Translations under genes and position numbers: made by a program | In this document: positions 18,203 through 27,304 of the stretch, one piece after another | Layout of the letters: each line of letters starts with the position of its first letter | Position numbering within the stretch: the stretch's first letter is position 1 | Source of the DNA: an uncultured Bacilli bacterium | GTDB taxonomy: Bacteria > Bacillota_I > Bacilli_A > RF39 > UBA660 | Direction: 5' to 3' | DNA: 64,000 nt | Assembly: GCA_947585665.1 (NCBI GenBank) | Contig: CANPXE010000008.1 | Span: 11,294 to 75,293, forward strand | Notes under the pieces: generated by a model | Told to the model about the DNA's origin: nothing | The model's input: the letters and a program-made list of their open reading frames with translations, nothing else | Database searches by the model: none

Positions 18203-19207
18203 ATGGAAAACATAAAAAACCTGAAGATAAATATGGAACAAAAGATACTTGAATCAGAAAGAGTTGTCATTGTTCCACACAATAACGTCGATTTTGACGC
18301 TATTGGATCAGCAATAGGTTTATCGTTAATAACGAGAAAATTAAAAAAGCCATCAGTCATTGTCGTTGATGATCCAATCTATAAAATAGATCATGGCATT
18401 CAATTGGTGATGGATGAGGCCAAAAAAGATTTTACGATTATTAATCGTGAAAAATATTTAGAAGAAATAAAAGAAGGGGAATTATTCATATTAACTGACG
18501 TCAATAAGACTTATTTAATCAGTCTCAATGACAAGTTACCTTCAAAAGAACGAGTTATTATAATTGATCATCATGCGGAAGATGATAAAACAGTTCCCGC
18601 CGAAATAAAATTCATTGATCCAAGTATATCTAGTGCTTCAGAAATAGTTACAAAGTTAATTGGTTTACATAAAATTAAGTTACCACCTGAAGTAGCTAAT
18701 TATTTGTTGGCGGGAATTTATCTTGATACGAATAAATTGAGTAAGAATGCTTCATCTGAAACGATGCACGTTGTAGCAAAACTCATGGAAAGTGGAGCTA
18801 ATTTGAATGTCGTTACGGACTTATTTACAGAGGACTTCATAAGTGATAGACGTGTTCAAGAATTAGTTAGTCGAGCTAAAATGACTAGCTTTAGTGTCGC
18901 AACTGTCAGTGCTTCAGAAGATGCTGAATACACGCGTGAAGAACTTGCGAAGGCCGCAGACTACTTACTAAAATATAAAGTTGATGCTTCATTTGTCATT
19001 GGTAATATTGGTGATCACATCATATCAATAAGTGCAAGATCCAAAGAAAAAGTAGATGTTGGTTCCGTTATGCAACAACTAGAGGGTGGTGGAAATCAAT
19101 TTTCTGGTGCTACTAAATTGACTGATTGTTCAATTGAAGATGCGACAAAAAGACTTATGAAAATTATTCAACCAACTTATTATGTCAAACAACAGGCAAA
19201 TCAATAA
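18203..19207 (+). CDS. DHH/DHHA1-family phosphoesterase (stand-alone GdpP/NrnA-like)
   Basis: Motifs seen are VPHNNVDFDAIGSAIG, IIIDHH and a DHHA1-like GGGNQFSGA. The SD is AGGAGAGGG. Confidence 0.8.
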   Translation: MENIKNLKINMEQKILESERVVIVPHNNVDFDAIGSAIGLSLITRKLKKPSVIVVDDPIYKIDHGIQLVMDEAKKDFTIINREKYLEEIKEGELFILTDVNKTYLISLNDKLPSKERVIIIDHHAEDDKTVPAEIKFIDPSISSASEIVTKLIGLHKIKLPPEVANYLLAGIYLDTNKLSKNASSETMHVVAKLMESGANLNVVTDLFTEDFISDRRVQELVSRAKMTSFSVATVSASEDAEYTREELAKAADYLLKYKVDASFVIGNIGDHIISISARSKEKVDVGSVMQQLEGGGNQFSGATKLTDCSIEDATKRLMKIIQPTYYVKQQANQ

Positions 19208-19236
19208 ACAAATATTTGATTTGTCTTTTTTTATTA

Positions 19237-19265
19237 TTGACTATACCCCTAGGGAGTATTATAAT
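19237..19265 (+). promoter_or_regulatory. csoR-copA promoter with embedded CsoR operator
   Basis: TTGACT is followed by a 17-nt spacer and TATAAT. The spacer is the GC-rich pseudo-palindrome ATACCCCTAGGGAGTAT, of the type described for Firmicute CsoR operators. Confidence 0.65.
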
Positions 19266-19275
19266 TTATTTGGTG

Positions 19276-19560
19276 ATGAATATGGAAAAAACTAAAAAAA
19301 GAAGTGAAATGGAAAAGAAATATTTAACGCGAAGACTTAAAATAATTGAGGGCCAGGTTCGTGGTCTAATTAGTATGGTTGATAATGACCGTTATTGTGG
19401 TGATTTATTAATACAAATATCAGCTGTTGATCAATCTCTAAAAAGTTTAGGATCACGAATTCTAAAAAATCATTTAGAGACTTGTGTCGTTAATGATATA
19501 AAAAATGATAAGTTAGAAATAATTGATGAAGTAATGGATTTAATTAGTAAATTGGATTAA
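19276..19560 (+). CDS. csoR: copper-sensing transcriptional repressor CsoR
   Basis: LKIIEGQVRGLISMVDNDRYCGDLLIQISAVDQSL...HLETCV is the CsoR/RcnR signature, with the Cys-His-Cys ligands. The start is ATG 19276 or 19282. The tracked TTG at 19216 runs through the promoter. Confidence 0.85.
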   Translation: MNMEKTKKRSEMEKKYLTRRLKIIEGQVRGLISMVDNDRYCGDLLIQISAVDQSLKSLGSRILKNHLETCVVNDIKNDKLEIIDEVMDLISKLD

Positions 19561-19605
19561 TAATATTAATTTTTAATTTGTGTATTATACTATTAGAGGT
19601 GAATT

Positions 19606-21813
19606 ATGAAAAAAGTTATTTTAAAAATAGATGGTATGAGTTGTAGTGCTTGTTCTTCAGGATTAGAAAAATATTTAAATAAACAAAAGGGTGTTGTAAA
19701 GGCAAGTGTCAATCTCGTTTTAGCTCAAGCTTTAATTGAATATGATGAATCCTTAACGATTGCTGATTTGGAACGTTTTGTTTCAGAAGCTGGTTTTGAA
19801 AGTCTTGGAATTTTTGATGGTAAAGAAGAAAAAAAGAGTCAAAGAAAGACCAAAACTTTAATTGCTTTTGGTATTCTTGCTTGTGTTGTCTTATATGTTT
19901 CTATGGCTGATATGCTTCATCTACCAGTTATTCCTTTTTTAGATATGATGAAATATCCTGTTAATTATGCCGTAACATTATTTGTTTTAGTTATTCCTTT
20001 TTTAGTTTTTGGATTTGATATTTTTAAAAGTGGTATTAAAAATCTTCTTCATAAAACACCCAATATGGATACTTTAGTATCTCTTGGTGTGTTTGCAAGT
20101 TTCTTTTATAGTCTATTTAGTATGATTATGATTTTACTAAATAAGAGACCGATGTTTTATGTTGAAAATCTCTATTTTGAATCTTGTGCCATTATTATTT
20201 TCTTTATTAAATTAGGACGTTATATTGATGGAAGAAGCAAAGAAAAAACGAAAGAAGCTTTACAAGAATTAGTTCAAATTACTCCTAGTATGGCTCTTTT
20301 AAAAGATAAAAATGTGGAAAAAGAAGTAACGATTGATGAAGTTAAAAAGAAAGATATTTTAATATGTAAAGCTGGAATGAAAGTCGCTGTTGACGGGGTT
20401 ATTGTTAAAGGCGAAACACATGTTGATGAAGCTTTTATTACCGGTGAATCAATTCCCAGTAAAAAGGGAAAAGGGGATAAAGTTGTCGCCGGAAGTATTG
20501 TTCTTGATGGTTACATAGAATATGAAGCAGAGCGCATTGGAAAAGATTCAACCATTTCGGAAATTGTTCATTTAGTTGTTGAAGCAACTAATACTAAAGC
20601 TCCTATTCAACGTCTTGCGGACATCGTTAGTGGTTATTTTGTACCCAGTATTATTTTGATTGCTGTTTTAACGCTTGTTGGTTATCTTCTTTTAGGACAT
20701 CCATTTAGTGAAGCAATTATATCATTTGTCACTGTTTTAGTTGTTGCTTGTCCTTGTGCTTTGGGTCTTGCAACACCACTTGCTATCGTTGTAAGTGAAG
20801 GATCTTGTGCTAAAAATGGACTTTTAGTAAAAAATAGTACCACTTTGGAAAATGCTCATAAAGTTGACGTTGTCGTTTTTGATAAAACAGGAACTTTGAC
20901 ATATGGTAATTTAAAGATATCTAAAATCTTTAATTATAGTAAATATAGTGACGATGAACTTATTGCTTTAGTTACTAGTCTTGAAAAGAATACAACGCAC
21001 CCAATTGCTAAAGCTTTTGTTAGTTATGCAACCGATAAAAAATTAAAACTTAGTGATGTTAGTGATTTTGAAAACCTATCTGGTTTAGGACTAAGGGCAA
21101 CTGTAAATAAAAAAGAAATATTAGTTGGTAATAGAAAGATATTAAACAAATTAAAAATAAAAGTAGATTTGCAAGATGAAGAAGCCTTAGCAAAAGATGG
21201 TAATAGTATCATTTATGTCATTGAAAATAAAAAAGTTATTGGTTTGATTGGTGTTAATGACATTGTAAGAGATAGTGCTAAAAAAGCAGTATCACGCCTA
21301 CAAAAAATGGGTAAAGAAGTTATTATGTTAACAGGGGATAATGAAAAGACGGCTAATATTATTGCTTCATCTCTAAATATTAAAAAGGTTATTGCAAATG
21401 TCTTACCTAAAGAGAAGACTAAGACGATTAAAGATTTAATTTCAGAAGGTAAAAAAGTTATGATGGTAGGTGATGGTATAAATGATGCGCCATCTCTTGC
21501 TAGTGCCACCATTGGTGTTAGTGTTAATAGTGGGACCGATATTGCTGCTGACTCTAGTGACGTCATCATAATAAATGATAATTTAGAAAAAATTCCTACT
21601 TTGTTGTCAATTAGTCGCAAGACACTTCGTAATATTAAACAAAACTTATTTTGGGCCTTTTTTTACAATGTTTGTATGATACCGATTGCCATTGGTTTAT
21701 TAAAACCATTAGGTATAAGTATGAACCCAATGTTTGGTGGATTAGCTATGACAATTAGTAGTTTAACAGTTGTTTTAAATTCATTGCGCTTAAGAAATAT
21801 TAAGGAAAAATAA
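19606..21813 (+). CDS. copA: copper-translocating P1B-type ATPase
   Basis: The protein has an HMA domain (GMSCSACSSGLEK), the CPC motif (ACPCALGLATP), DKTGTLT and GDGINDAP. Confidence 0.95.
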   Translation: MKKVILKIDGMSCSACSSGLEKYLNKQKGVVKASVNLVLAQALIEYDESLTIADLERFVSEAGFESLGIFDGKEEKKSQRKTKTLIAFGILACVVLYVSMADMLHLPVIPFLDMMKYPVNYAVTLFVLVIPFLVFGFDIFKSGIKNLLHKTPNMDTLVSLGVFASFFYSLFSMIMILLNKRPMFYVENLYFESCAIIIFFIKLGRYIDGRSKEKTKEALQELVQITPSMALLKDKNVEKEVTIDEVKKKDILICKAGMKVAVDGVIVKGETHVDEAFITGESIPSKKGKGDKVVAGSIVLDGYIEYEAERIGKDSTISEIVHLVVEATNTKAPIQRLADIVSGYFVPSIILIAVLTLVGYLLLGHPFSEAIISFVTVLVVACPCALGLATPLAIVVSEGSCAKNGLLVKNSTTLENAHKVDVVVFDKTGTLTYGNLKISKIFNYSKYSDDELIALVTSLEKNTTHPIAKAFVSYATDKKLKLSDVSDFENLSGLGLRATVNKKEILVGNRKILNKLKIKVDLQDEEALAKDGNSIIYVIENKKVIGLIGVNDIVRDSAKKAVSRLQKMGKEVIMLTGDNEKTANIIASSLNIKKVIANVLPKEKTKTIKDLISEGKKVMMVGDGINDAPSLASATIGVSVNSGTDIAADSSDVIIINDNLEKIPTLLSISRKTLRNIKQNLFWAFFYNVCMIPIAIGLLKPLGISMNPMFGGLAMTISSLTVVLNSLRLRNIKEK

Positions 21814-21880
21814 ATCTTTTTCCTTTTTCTTTACAAACTATTTTTTTAGTGCTTAAATAAAATTATGGAGGGTTAGGTAA

Positions 21881-22345
21881 ATGGATAGAAAGAATAGAAA
21901 AAAATCAAGTTTTAGTCCTAGAAAATATTTGGATGGAAAGATTGATTGTCAATGTTGTAATCACGAATTAGTGACTACTAGTCCTTTTGATGATGGGATG
22001 TATGGTTTTCATTATGATTGCTTAATTTGTGGTGAACATATTCATACACCTGGTGGTTCTTTCCCATATAGTGAGGATAATCATTTTATTTATTATTCTT
22101 GTCTTTCAAAGTATGACACTAAATTAATGAAAACACTATTACGTTTTGTTTGTGAAAGGTTTAAAGGTGAAGATGAAATTGATATCGTTACAATCTTTCA
22201 AAAAATGCAAAAAAGTATTCAAGAAATCGATGGTGTTCTTTGGCCACCAACAGATAAAGAAAGAAAAGCAACTTTAGAATATTACGATAGGTTAAGTAAA
22301 GGTTCTAGTTCTGATAAAGTTGCTGTTAAAAAGAAAATAAATTAA
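21881..22345 (+). CDS. hypothetical zinc-ribbon protein
   Basis: CQCC...CLICGEH are paired Cys motifs. The SD is GGAGGG. Confidence 0.6.
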   Translation: MDRKNRKKSSFSPRKYLDGKIDCQCCNHELVTTSPFDDGMYGFHYDCLICGEHIHTPGGSFPYSEDNHFIYYSCLSKYDTKLMKTLLRFVCERFKGEDEIDIVTIFQKMQKSIQEIDGVLWPPTDKERKATLEYYDRLSKGSSSDKVAVKKKIN

Positions 22346-22360
22346 AATGGAGGAGATAAA

Positions 22361-22669
22361 ATGGGTGTTGTTGAAATAAAAGAACAAGATTTTGTTAAAA
22401 AAACACAAGTAAAAGATAAAAAAGTCCTAGTCGATTGCTACGCTACATGGTGTGGTCCTTGTCGAATGCTTTCACCAATCATCGATGAATTGTCAGAAGA
22501 AATTACTAACTATGATTTTTACAAATTAGATGTCGATGAAGCTGAAGAGATAGCCAAAAAATATGATATTAGTGCCATTCCGGCTTTGTTAATATTTATT
22601 GATGGCGAATTAGAAGAAAAGATAATAGGCTTTAAAACTAAAGAAGAATTAAAAGAAAGATTAAAATAG
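22361..22669 (+). CDS. trxA: thioredoxin
   Basis: The product is 102 aa with the WCGPC active site. The SD is GGAGGAG. Confidence 0.9.
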   Translation: MGVVEIKEQDFVKKTQVKDKKVLVDCYATWCGPCRMLSPIIDELSEEITNYDFYKLDVDEAEEIAKKYDISAIPALLIFIDGELEEKIIGFKTKEELKERLK

Positions 22670-22677
22670 GTGGAAAA

Positions 22678-23139
22678 ATGGAAAAGAAAAATAAAAATGA
22701 AAAAGAAAACACTTGGAAGATAGTTGCAATTTGTATGACCGTTGTCATTGTCTTTCTAATCATTCTAGTAATGTTTTTAATAGATCATTTAGAAGATCGT
22801 TATGATGATAAGGAAGAAAATGTTCCTAATGTTGTAGATAAGAGCGATAATGTTGATTCTAGTTTAAATGATAATAAAGACAATACTACTGAAGAAGAAA
22901 GCAACAATAAAACGGAAACTACTAATAATTACATTGGTAAAGAAAAGGCTTTAGATATAGTTTTAGATCATGCTAAAGTTGAACAAAAAAACATCTATGA
23001 TTTAGATATTGAACTTGAATATAAATATGGTAGTAATGTTTATGAAATAGACTTCAATTATAATCATTATGATTATGAATATTATGTTGATGCTAAAAGT
23101 GGAGAAATCCTTCATTCTTTTAAAGAATTTGACTATTAA
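22678..23139 (+). CDS. membrane-anchored PepSY-domain protein
   Basis: The protein has an N-terminal TM, a D/N/E-rich linker and a PepSY-like C-terminus (KEKALDIVLDHAKV...YEIDF...YYVDAKSGEIL). Confidence 0.65.
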   Translation: MEKKNKNEKENTWKIVAICMTVVIVFLIILVMFLIDHLEDRYDDKEENVPNVVDKSDNVDSSLNDNKDNTTEEESNNKTETTNNYIGKEKALDIVLDHAKVEQKNIYDLDIELEYKYGSNVYEIDFNYNHYDYEYYVDAKSGEILHSFKEFDY

Positions 23140-23163
23140 AAAAAGGCAACGTTTGTTGTCTTT

Positions 23164-23676
23164 TTAAATGATTAAATCTAAAATACCATACGAGAAAATA
23201 GCCATTATGACACCAGCTAGAACAACACCAAGTGTTGCTGCTAAGAATGCTTTCTTCTTATTCATATCTAACATTGCCGCAATCAAACTACCTGTCCAAG
23301 CCCCTGTTCCTGGAAGCGGTATTCCCACAAAGAGGACTATGCCCCAAAAACCATATTTCTCAATTTGTCCTTTTTTCTTTTCAACTTTATCGTCTAACCA
23401 AAGAACTATTTTTTTAAAGCATTTTACATTGCACATCCAATTTAAAATAGCTCTAATGAACCAAAGAATAAATGGTATTGGTAAAATATTACCAATGAAA
23501 CAAATTATAAAGGCTTTCCAAAGTGAAAGATGAAGTAGGGCAGCAGCAATCATCCCACCACGAAGTTCAATAATTGGTAACATTGATATTATAAAGATGG
23601 TAATGCTTTTTCCAAGTTCTGTTGTTGTCATGCCACTAAATACACTCAAAAAAAAGTTTACTAAACTCTCGGTCAT
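23164..23676 (-). CDS. small multidrug-export-like membrane protein (COG2426 type)
   Basis: LPIIELRGGMIAA and GIPLPGTGAWTGSLIAAML are motifs I recall from that family. The SD is AGGAGG. Confidence 0.6.
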   Translation of the reverse strand: MTESLVNFFLSVFSGMTTTELGKSITIFIISMLPIIELRGGMIAAALLHLSLWKAFIICFIGNILPIPFILWFIRAILNWMCNVKCFKKIVLWLDDKVEKKKGQIEKYGFWGIVLFVGIPLPGTGAWTGSLIAAMLDMNKKKAFLAATLGVVLAGVIMAIFSYGILDLII

Positions 23677-23786
23677 AAATACCTCCTAATCATCTTAGAC
23701 TTATTTAATTATATTCTATTACATTTAATAGGTCAAATCATTTTCATAATAAATATATTCATAAATATAATTAAATAGGTGAAAAA

Positions 23787-24395
23787 ATGGACAATTTTGT
23801 ATTAGATCTCATTAATCATTATGGTTATATTGGTATGTTTTTAGGAATGGTTTTAGAAGCCGTAATAATCATCATTCCAAGTGAATTAATTTTAGCAACC
23901 GGAGGCATATTAGCGAGTAAAAAAATCTTTACTTTTTGGGGCACTTTTTTTACAGGTTTAATCGGTAGTGTTTTTTGTGCTATCGTCATATATCTCATGG
24001 GTTATTTCGGTGGTAGTGCTTTTTCTAAAAAGTATGGAAAATATTTTTTTATGAAAGAAGAAGAAGTCGATAAAAGTAATAATTGGTTTAATAAATATGG
24101 TCTTTTAGCATCCTGTATTGGTCGTAATTTTCCCATTATTCGTACTCTAATTTCTCTACCTGTAGGGGTTGCTCGTCTTTCTTTTACAAAGTTTTTAATC
24201 TATACCACCCTTGGTAGTATTCCTTGGACTTTTGTCTTTGTCTATTTTGGCTATGCTTTAGGTAATAATTGGACCATTTTAAAAGAATTTACTAATCGCC
24301 TTAAAGTACCTATTAAAATTCTTCTTTTCATCTTAATCATTTCTCTTATTTATACAAAAATAATTAAAAAATTTATCAAATCTAAAAATAAATAA
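23787..24395 (+). CDS. DedA-family membrane protein
   Basis: The 202-aa product has FLGMVLEAVIIIIPSELILATGG and 4-5 TM helices. Confidence 0.75.
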   Translation: MDNFVLDLINHYGYIGMFLGMVLEAVIIIIPSELILATGGILASKKIFTFWGTFFTGLIGSVFCAIVIYLMGYFGGSAFSKKYGKYFFMKEEEVDKSNNWFNKYGLLASCIGRNFPIIRTLISLPVGVARLSFTKFLIYTTLGSIPWTFVFVYFGYALGNNWTILKEFTNRLKVPIKILLFILIISLIYTKIIKKFIKSKNK

Positions 24396-24430
24396 TTTTT
24401 ATATGTTATACTTCTATTAGAGGTAATGCT

Positions 24431-25765
24431 ATGAAACATATAATTACATTTATAAAAGAAAAGTCATTATTTTTTTATCTTTTTATTTTCTTTTTATTCT
24501 TATTAAGTTTTATTACTATAAATAATTTTATTATGGATAATTATTGGAATTATGGATTTTCTTATAACATTGCGAATGGTTTAATCCCATATCGTGATTT
24601 TAATATGGTTCTATTTCCCTTATTTCCTTTACTATGTGCTTTAGTTATAAAAATATTTGGTAGTAAATTGATCATATATTATATAGTTAGTAGTTTAATT
24701 GCTACTTTAACGATTTCTTTTATCAAAAAATTAAATGGTGGTAAGAGTCTAATATTATTAATTATTTATTTTTTTCTTCTCTTTCAAACAGGGGGATATA
24801 ATTTATTAAGTATATTATTATTTTTTATTCTTTTATATTTAGAATTAACAAAGAAAAATGATTATTTAATAGGGTTGGTTCTAAGCTTAATTGTTCTAAA
24901 TAATCAAAAGATGCTTGTTTTATTGCTTCCAACTATGTTATTAAAAGACTATAAAAGAATTTTAAAGCGTTTGATGATTTTTATAATACCTTTTCAGTTA
25001 TTATTGTTGTATTTATCTTTTAATAATGCTTTATATTCTTTCTTTGATTATACTATTTTTGGTCTCTTTGATTTTGGAAATAAAAATGGTCATATGACAA
25101 TATGGTTTGTTTTAGAATTATTAATGATTTTCTATTTATTATATAAATATTTTAAAACAAAAGATATAAGTAGTTTATATTGTTTATGTTTTCAAATAAT
25201 TGTTTTTCCTATCTTTGATCCATATCATTTTGTTTTAGGTTTAATTCCTTTTTCTTTTTATGTTTTTAGTGGAGTAGGTAATATTAAAAAATTAAATATA
25301 TTGTTTTTATTTCTCATTCTTTTTAATTTCACTTTTAAAACAATTCAACTTTTTGATAATGATTCCATTTCTTTCAATACCAATATTAATCATAATTTTT
25401 TCCTTACTACTTCTTCACAAAATCTTAATTCTGGTAGTGAGATGTTATATAAATTTTACAAAGAACATAATTCGGAAAATATTCACTTCTTTACGGGAGA
25501 ATCTTATTACTATAAACTTGATCATAAACTTAAGATTGACAGTTATGATTTATTATTAGATGGTAATAATGGTTATAATGGTCATAAAAAAATAATGAAT
25601 ATGCTTAAAAGTGAAAAAGATGCATTATTCATTATTTATGATGAACCTAATAGAGATACATTATATGATCAATTTGATTGTCAATTAATTGATTACATCA
25701 TGGATAATTATGAAAAAGTTACTTATTTAGGAAATAATTTTTATGTCTATCGAATAGTAAATTAA
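24431..25765 (+). CDS. polytopic membrane protein (GT-C-like glycosyltransferase candidate)
   Basis: About 10 TM helices are followed by a soluble C-terminal ~130 aa. I found no defining motif. Confidence 0.5.
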   Translation: MKHIITFIKEKSLFFYLFIFFLFLLSFITINNFIMDNYWNYGFSYNIANGLIPYRDFNMVLFPLFPLLCALVIKIFGSKLIIYYIVSSLIATLTISFIKKLNGGKSLILLIIYFFLLFQTGGYNLLSILLFFILLYLELTKKNDYLIGLVLSLIVLNNQKMLVLLLPTMLLKDYKRILKRLMIFIIPFQLLLLYLSFNNALYSFFDYTIFGLFDFGNKNGHMTIWFVLELLMIFYLLYKYFKTKDISSLYCLCFQIIVFPIFDPYHFVLGLIPFSFYVFSGVGNIKKLNILFLFLILFNFTFKTIQLFDNDSISFNTNINHNFFLTTSSQNLNSGSEMLYKFYKEHNSENIHFFTGESYYYKLDHKLKIDSYDLLLDGNNGYNGHKKIMNMLKSEKDALFIIYDEPNRDTLYDQFDCQLIDYIMDNYEKVTYLGNNFYVYRIVN

Positions 25766-27228
25766 TTTTTACTATTTTTTATTTTTATATCTTCAACGCT
25801 TGGACCATAGATTATATTTCCATCGACGTCAAATCTAGAACCATGACAAGGACAATCCCAAGTATTAGTTTGATAGTTGAAAGATAAATTACATTTCATA
25901 TGAGGACATTGATTATAGACTTTGTGAACATTTTTATTTTCATCAATATATATTCCATAATAAATACCATTTTCTTTAATTATTTTGACATCTTTACGAT
26001 AAAAAAGACGATTTTTATTAAGCTTTGTATTTACAAAAGAAAGACCATTCATCAAGTTAAATTTGATGATGTTAGGAATGTTTTTTTCATCACGTCTTGG
26101 ATTAAATAAATCTTTATAAATACTATCATTATTTTGAATTAGATCACTTATTACTTTTCCCGCTATGATGCCATTAGTCATTCCCCAAGTATTATACCCT
26201 GTGGCAATATATAAATTTTCTTCTAACTCACCAATAAAGGGAAGATGGTCACTCGTCATGATGTCATAATTACTCCAACAATATTTAATTTCAGGAGTAA
26301 AGTTACTACGTGCTTTCCAAATGGCATCATCTTGTTTTTTGATGTTATCAACATTACTATTTAAACTTCCATTTTCACTAACTAAAATAATATAGTTTTT
26401 ATAACTCTTATAATATCTAATAGATGTTACTTTTTTATTTACGTTAATGGCAGAAAAAGGACGAGTTCGATTAACTTCCCCAGCAACGAGAAAAGATTTT
26501 TCGATACTCGTTTTAAAAGGAAAGAAAAAGGGATTAATAAAGAAAGGATAGTGTAGTGCTAAAATAATTCGTTTTGCTTTGATGTTGCCATTAGGAGTCT
26601 GGGCAATAAAATAATTATCTTGTTTGTCTATTTGCGTTACTCTTGTCCTTTCATAAATATCAATTTTATCTTTAACTATTTCGCTAAGTCCTAAAACAAA
26701 TTTCACAGGATGAAAGACAAAAGTGTCATTTGCTTCTAAGGATTTATGACAAACTGTTTTTATTGGTAATTTTCTTTTTAATTTGACACTTGAATTATTT
26801 TTTAACAATTTATAAGTCTTTTTTATGACCTTACTCTTTAGCAAATTCTCCGAAAAAATATAAGAGTTAACGGGTTCTAAATCACATCTTATTTTATTCT
26901 CTAAAATAATTTTTTTCGCAAGACTAATTGCTCCTTTTTGGGATTCGACATATTTTAAGTAGGTATCATCATCATATATGTCTTTTATTTTTGTAATTAA
27001 ATCTTCTTGTAAATAAGTTAGTTTTCCTGTTGATTTAGATGTCGCACCATTAGCTATTTTATTACTTTCAACTAAAACTATTTTTTCTTTACTATTTCTT
27101 AAAAAATAAGCACAACTAAAACCGGTTATGCCACCACCAATAATTAATGTATCACATTCGATATTAACACTTAGAGTTGGAAATTTAGTCTTGACGATGT
27201 TTTCTTGCCAAATAGATTTATTTTTCAT
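25762..27228 (-). CDS. FAD-dependent oxidoreductase with C-terminal Rieske [2Fe-2S] domain (YhfW-like)
   Basis: DTLIIGGGITGFSCAYFL is a dinucleotide-binding fold, and CPHMKC...CPCHGSRF is the Rieske motif. The ATG at 27228 follows AAGGGTGA, so I prefer it to the tracked TTG at 27285. Confidence 0.8.
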   Translation of the reverse strand: MKNKSIWQENIVKTKFPTLSVNIECDTLIIGGGITGFSCAYFLRNSKEKIVLVESNKIANGATSKSTGKLTYLQEDLITKIKDIYDDDTYLKYVESQKGAISLAKKIILENKIRCDLEPVNSYIFSENLLKSKVIKKTYKLLKNNSSVKLKRKLPIKTVCHKSLEANDTFVFHPVKFVLGLSEIVKDKIDIYERTRVTQIDKQDNYFIAQTPNGNIKAKRIILALHYPFFINPFFFPFKTSIEKSFLVAGEVNRTRPFSAINVNKKVTSIRYYKSYKNYIILVSENGSLNSNVDNIKKQDDAIWKARSNFTPEIKYCWSNYDIMTSDHLPFIGELEENLYIATGYNTWGMTNGIIAGKVISDLIQNNDSIYKDLFNPRRDEKNIPNIIKFNLMNGLSFVNTKLNKNRLFYRKDVKIIKENGIYYGIYIDENKNVHKVYNQCPHMKCNLSFNYQTNTWDCPCHGSRFDVDGNIIYGPSVEDIKIKNSKN

Positions 27229-27304
27229 ATTATCACCCTTAATTTCTTTTATTATTATGTGAGAATCTTTCTTTTTTAAACCCAAATAAAAAGATTGACT
27301 TTTG

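Noticed and set aside
19216-19275. TTG-extended N-terminus of csoR. The same issue affects the extended starts at 55375, 56953, 7191, 17029, 28917 and 51468.
   Set aside because: These extensions run through promoters or terminator stems, or lack an SD. Downstream ATG/GTG codons with proper SD spacing fit the known protein N-termini.
21024-21620. Antisense ORFs (62 aa and 135 aa) inside copA.
   Set aside because: copA is unambiguous on the plus strand. The antisense products are hydrophobic low-complexity artefacts.
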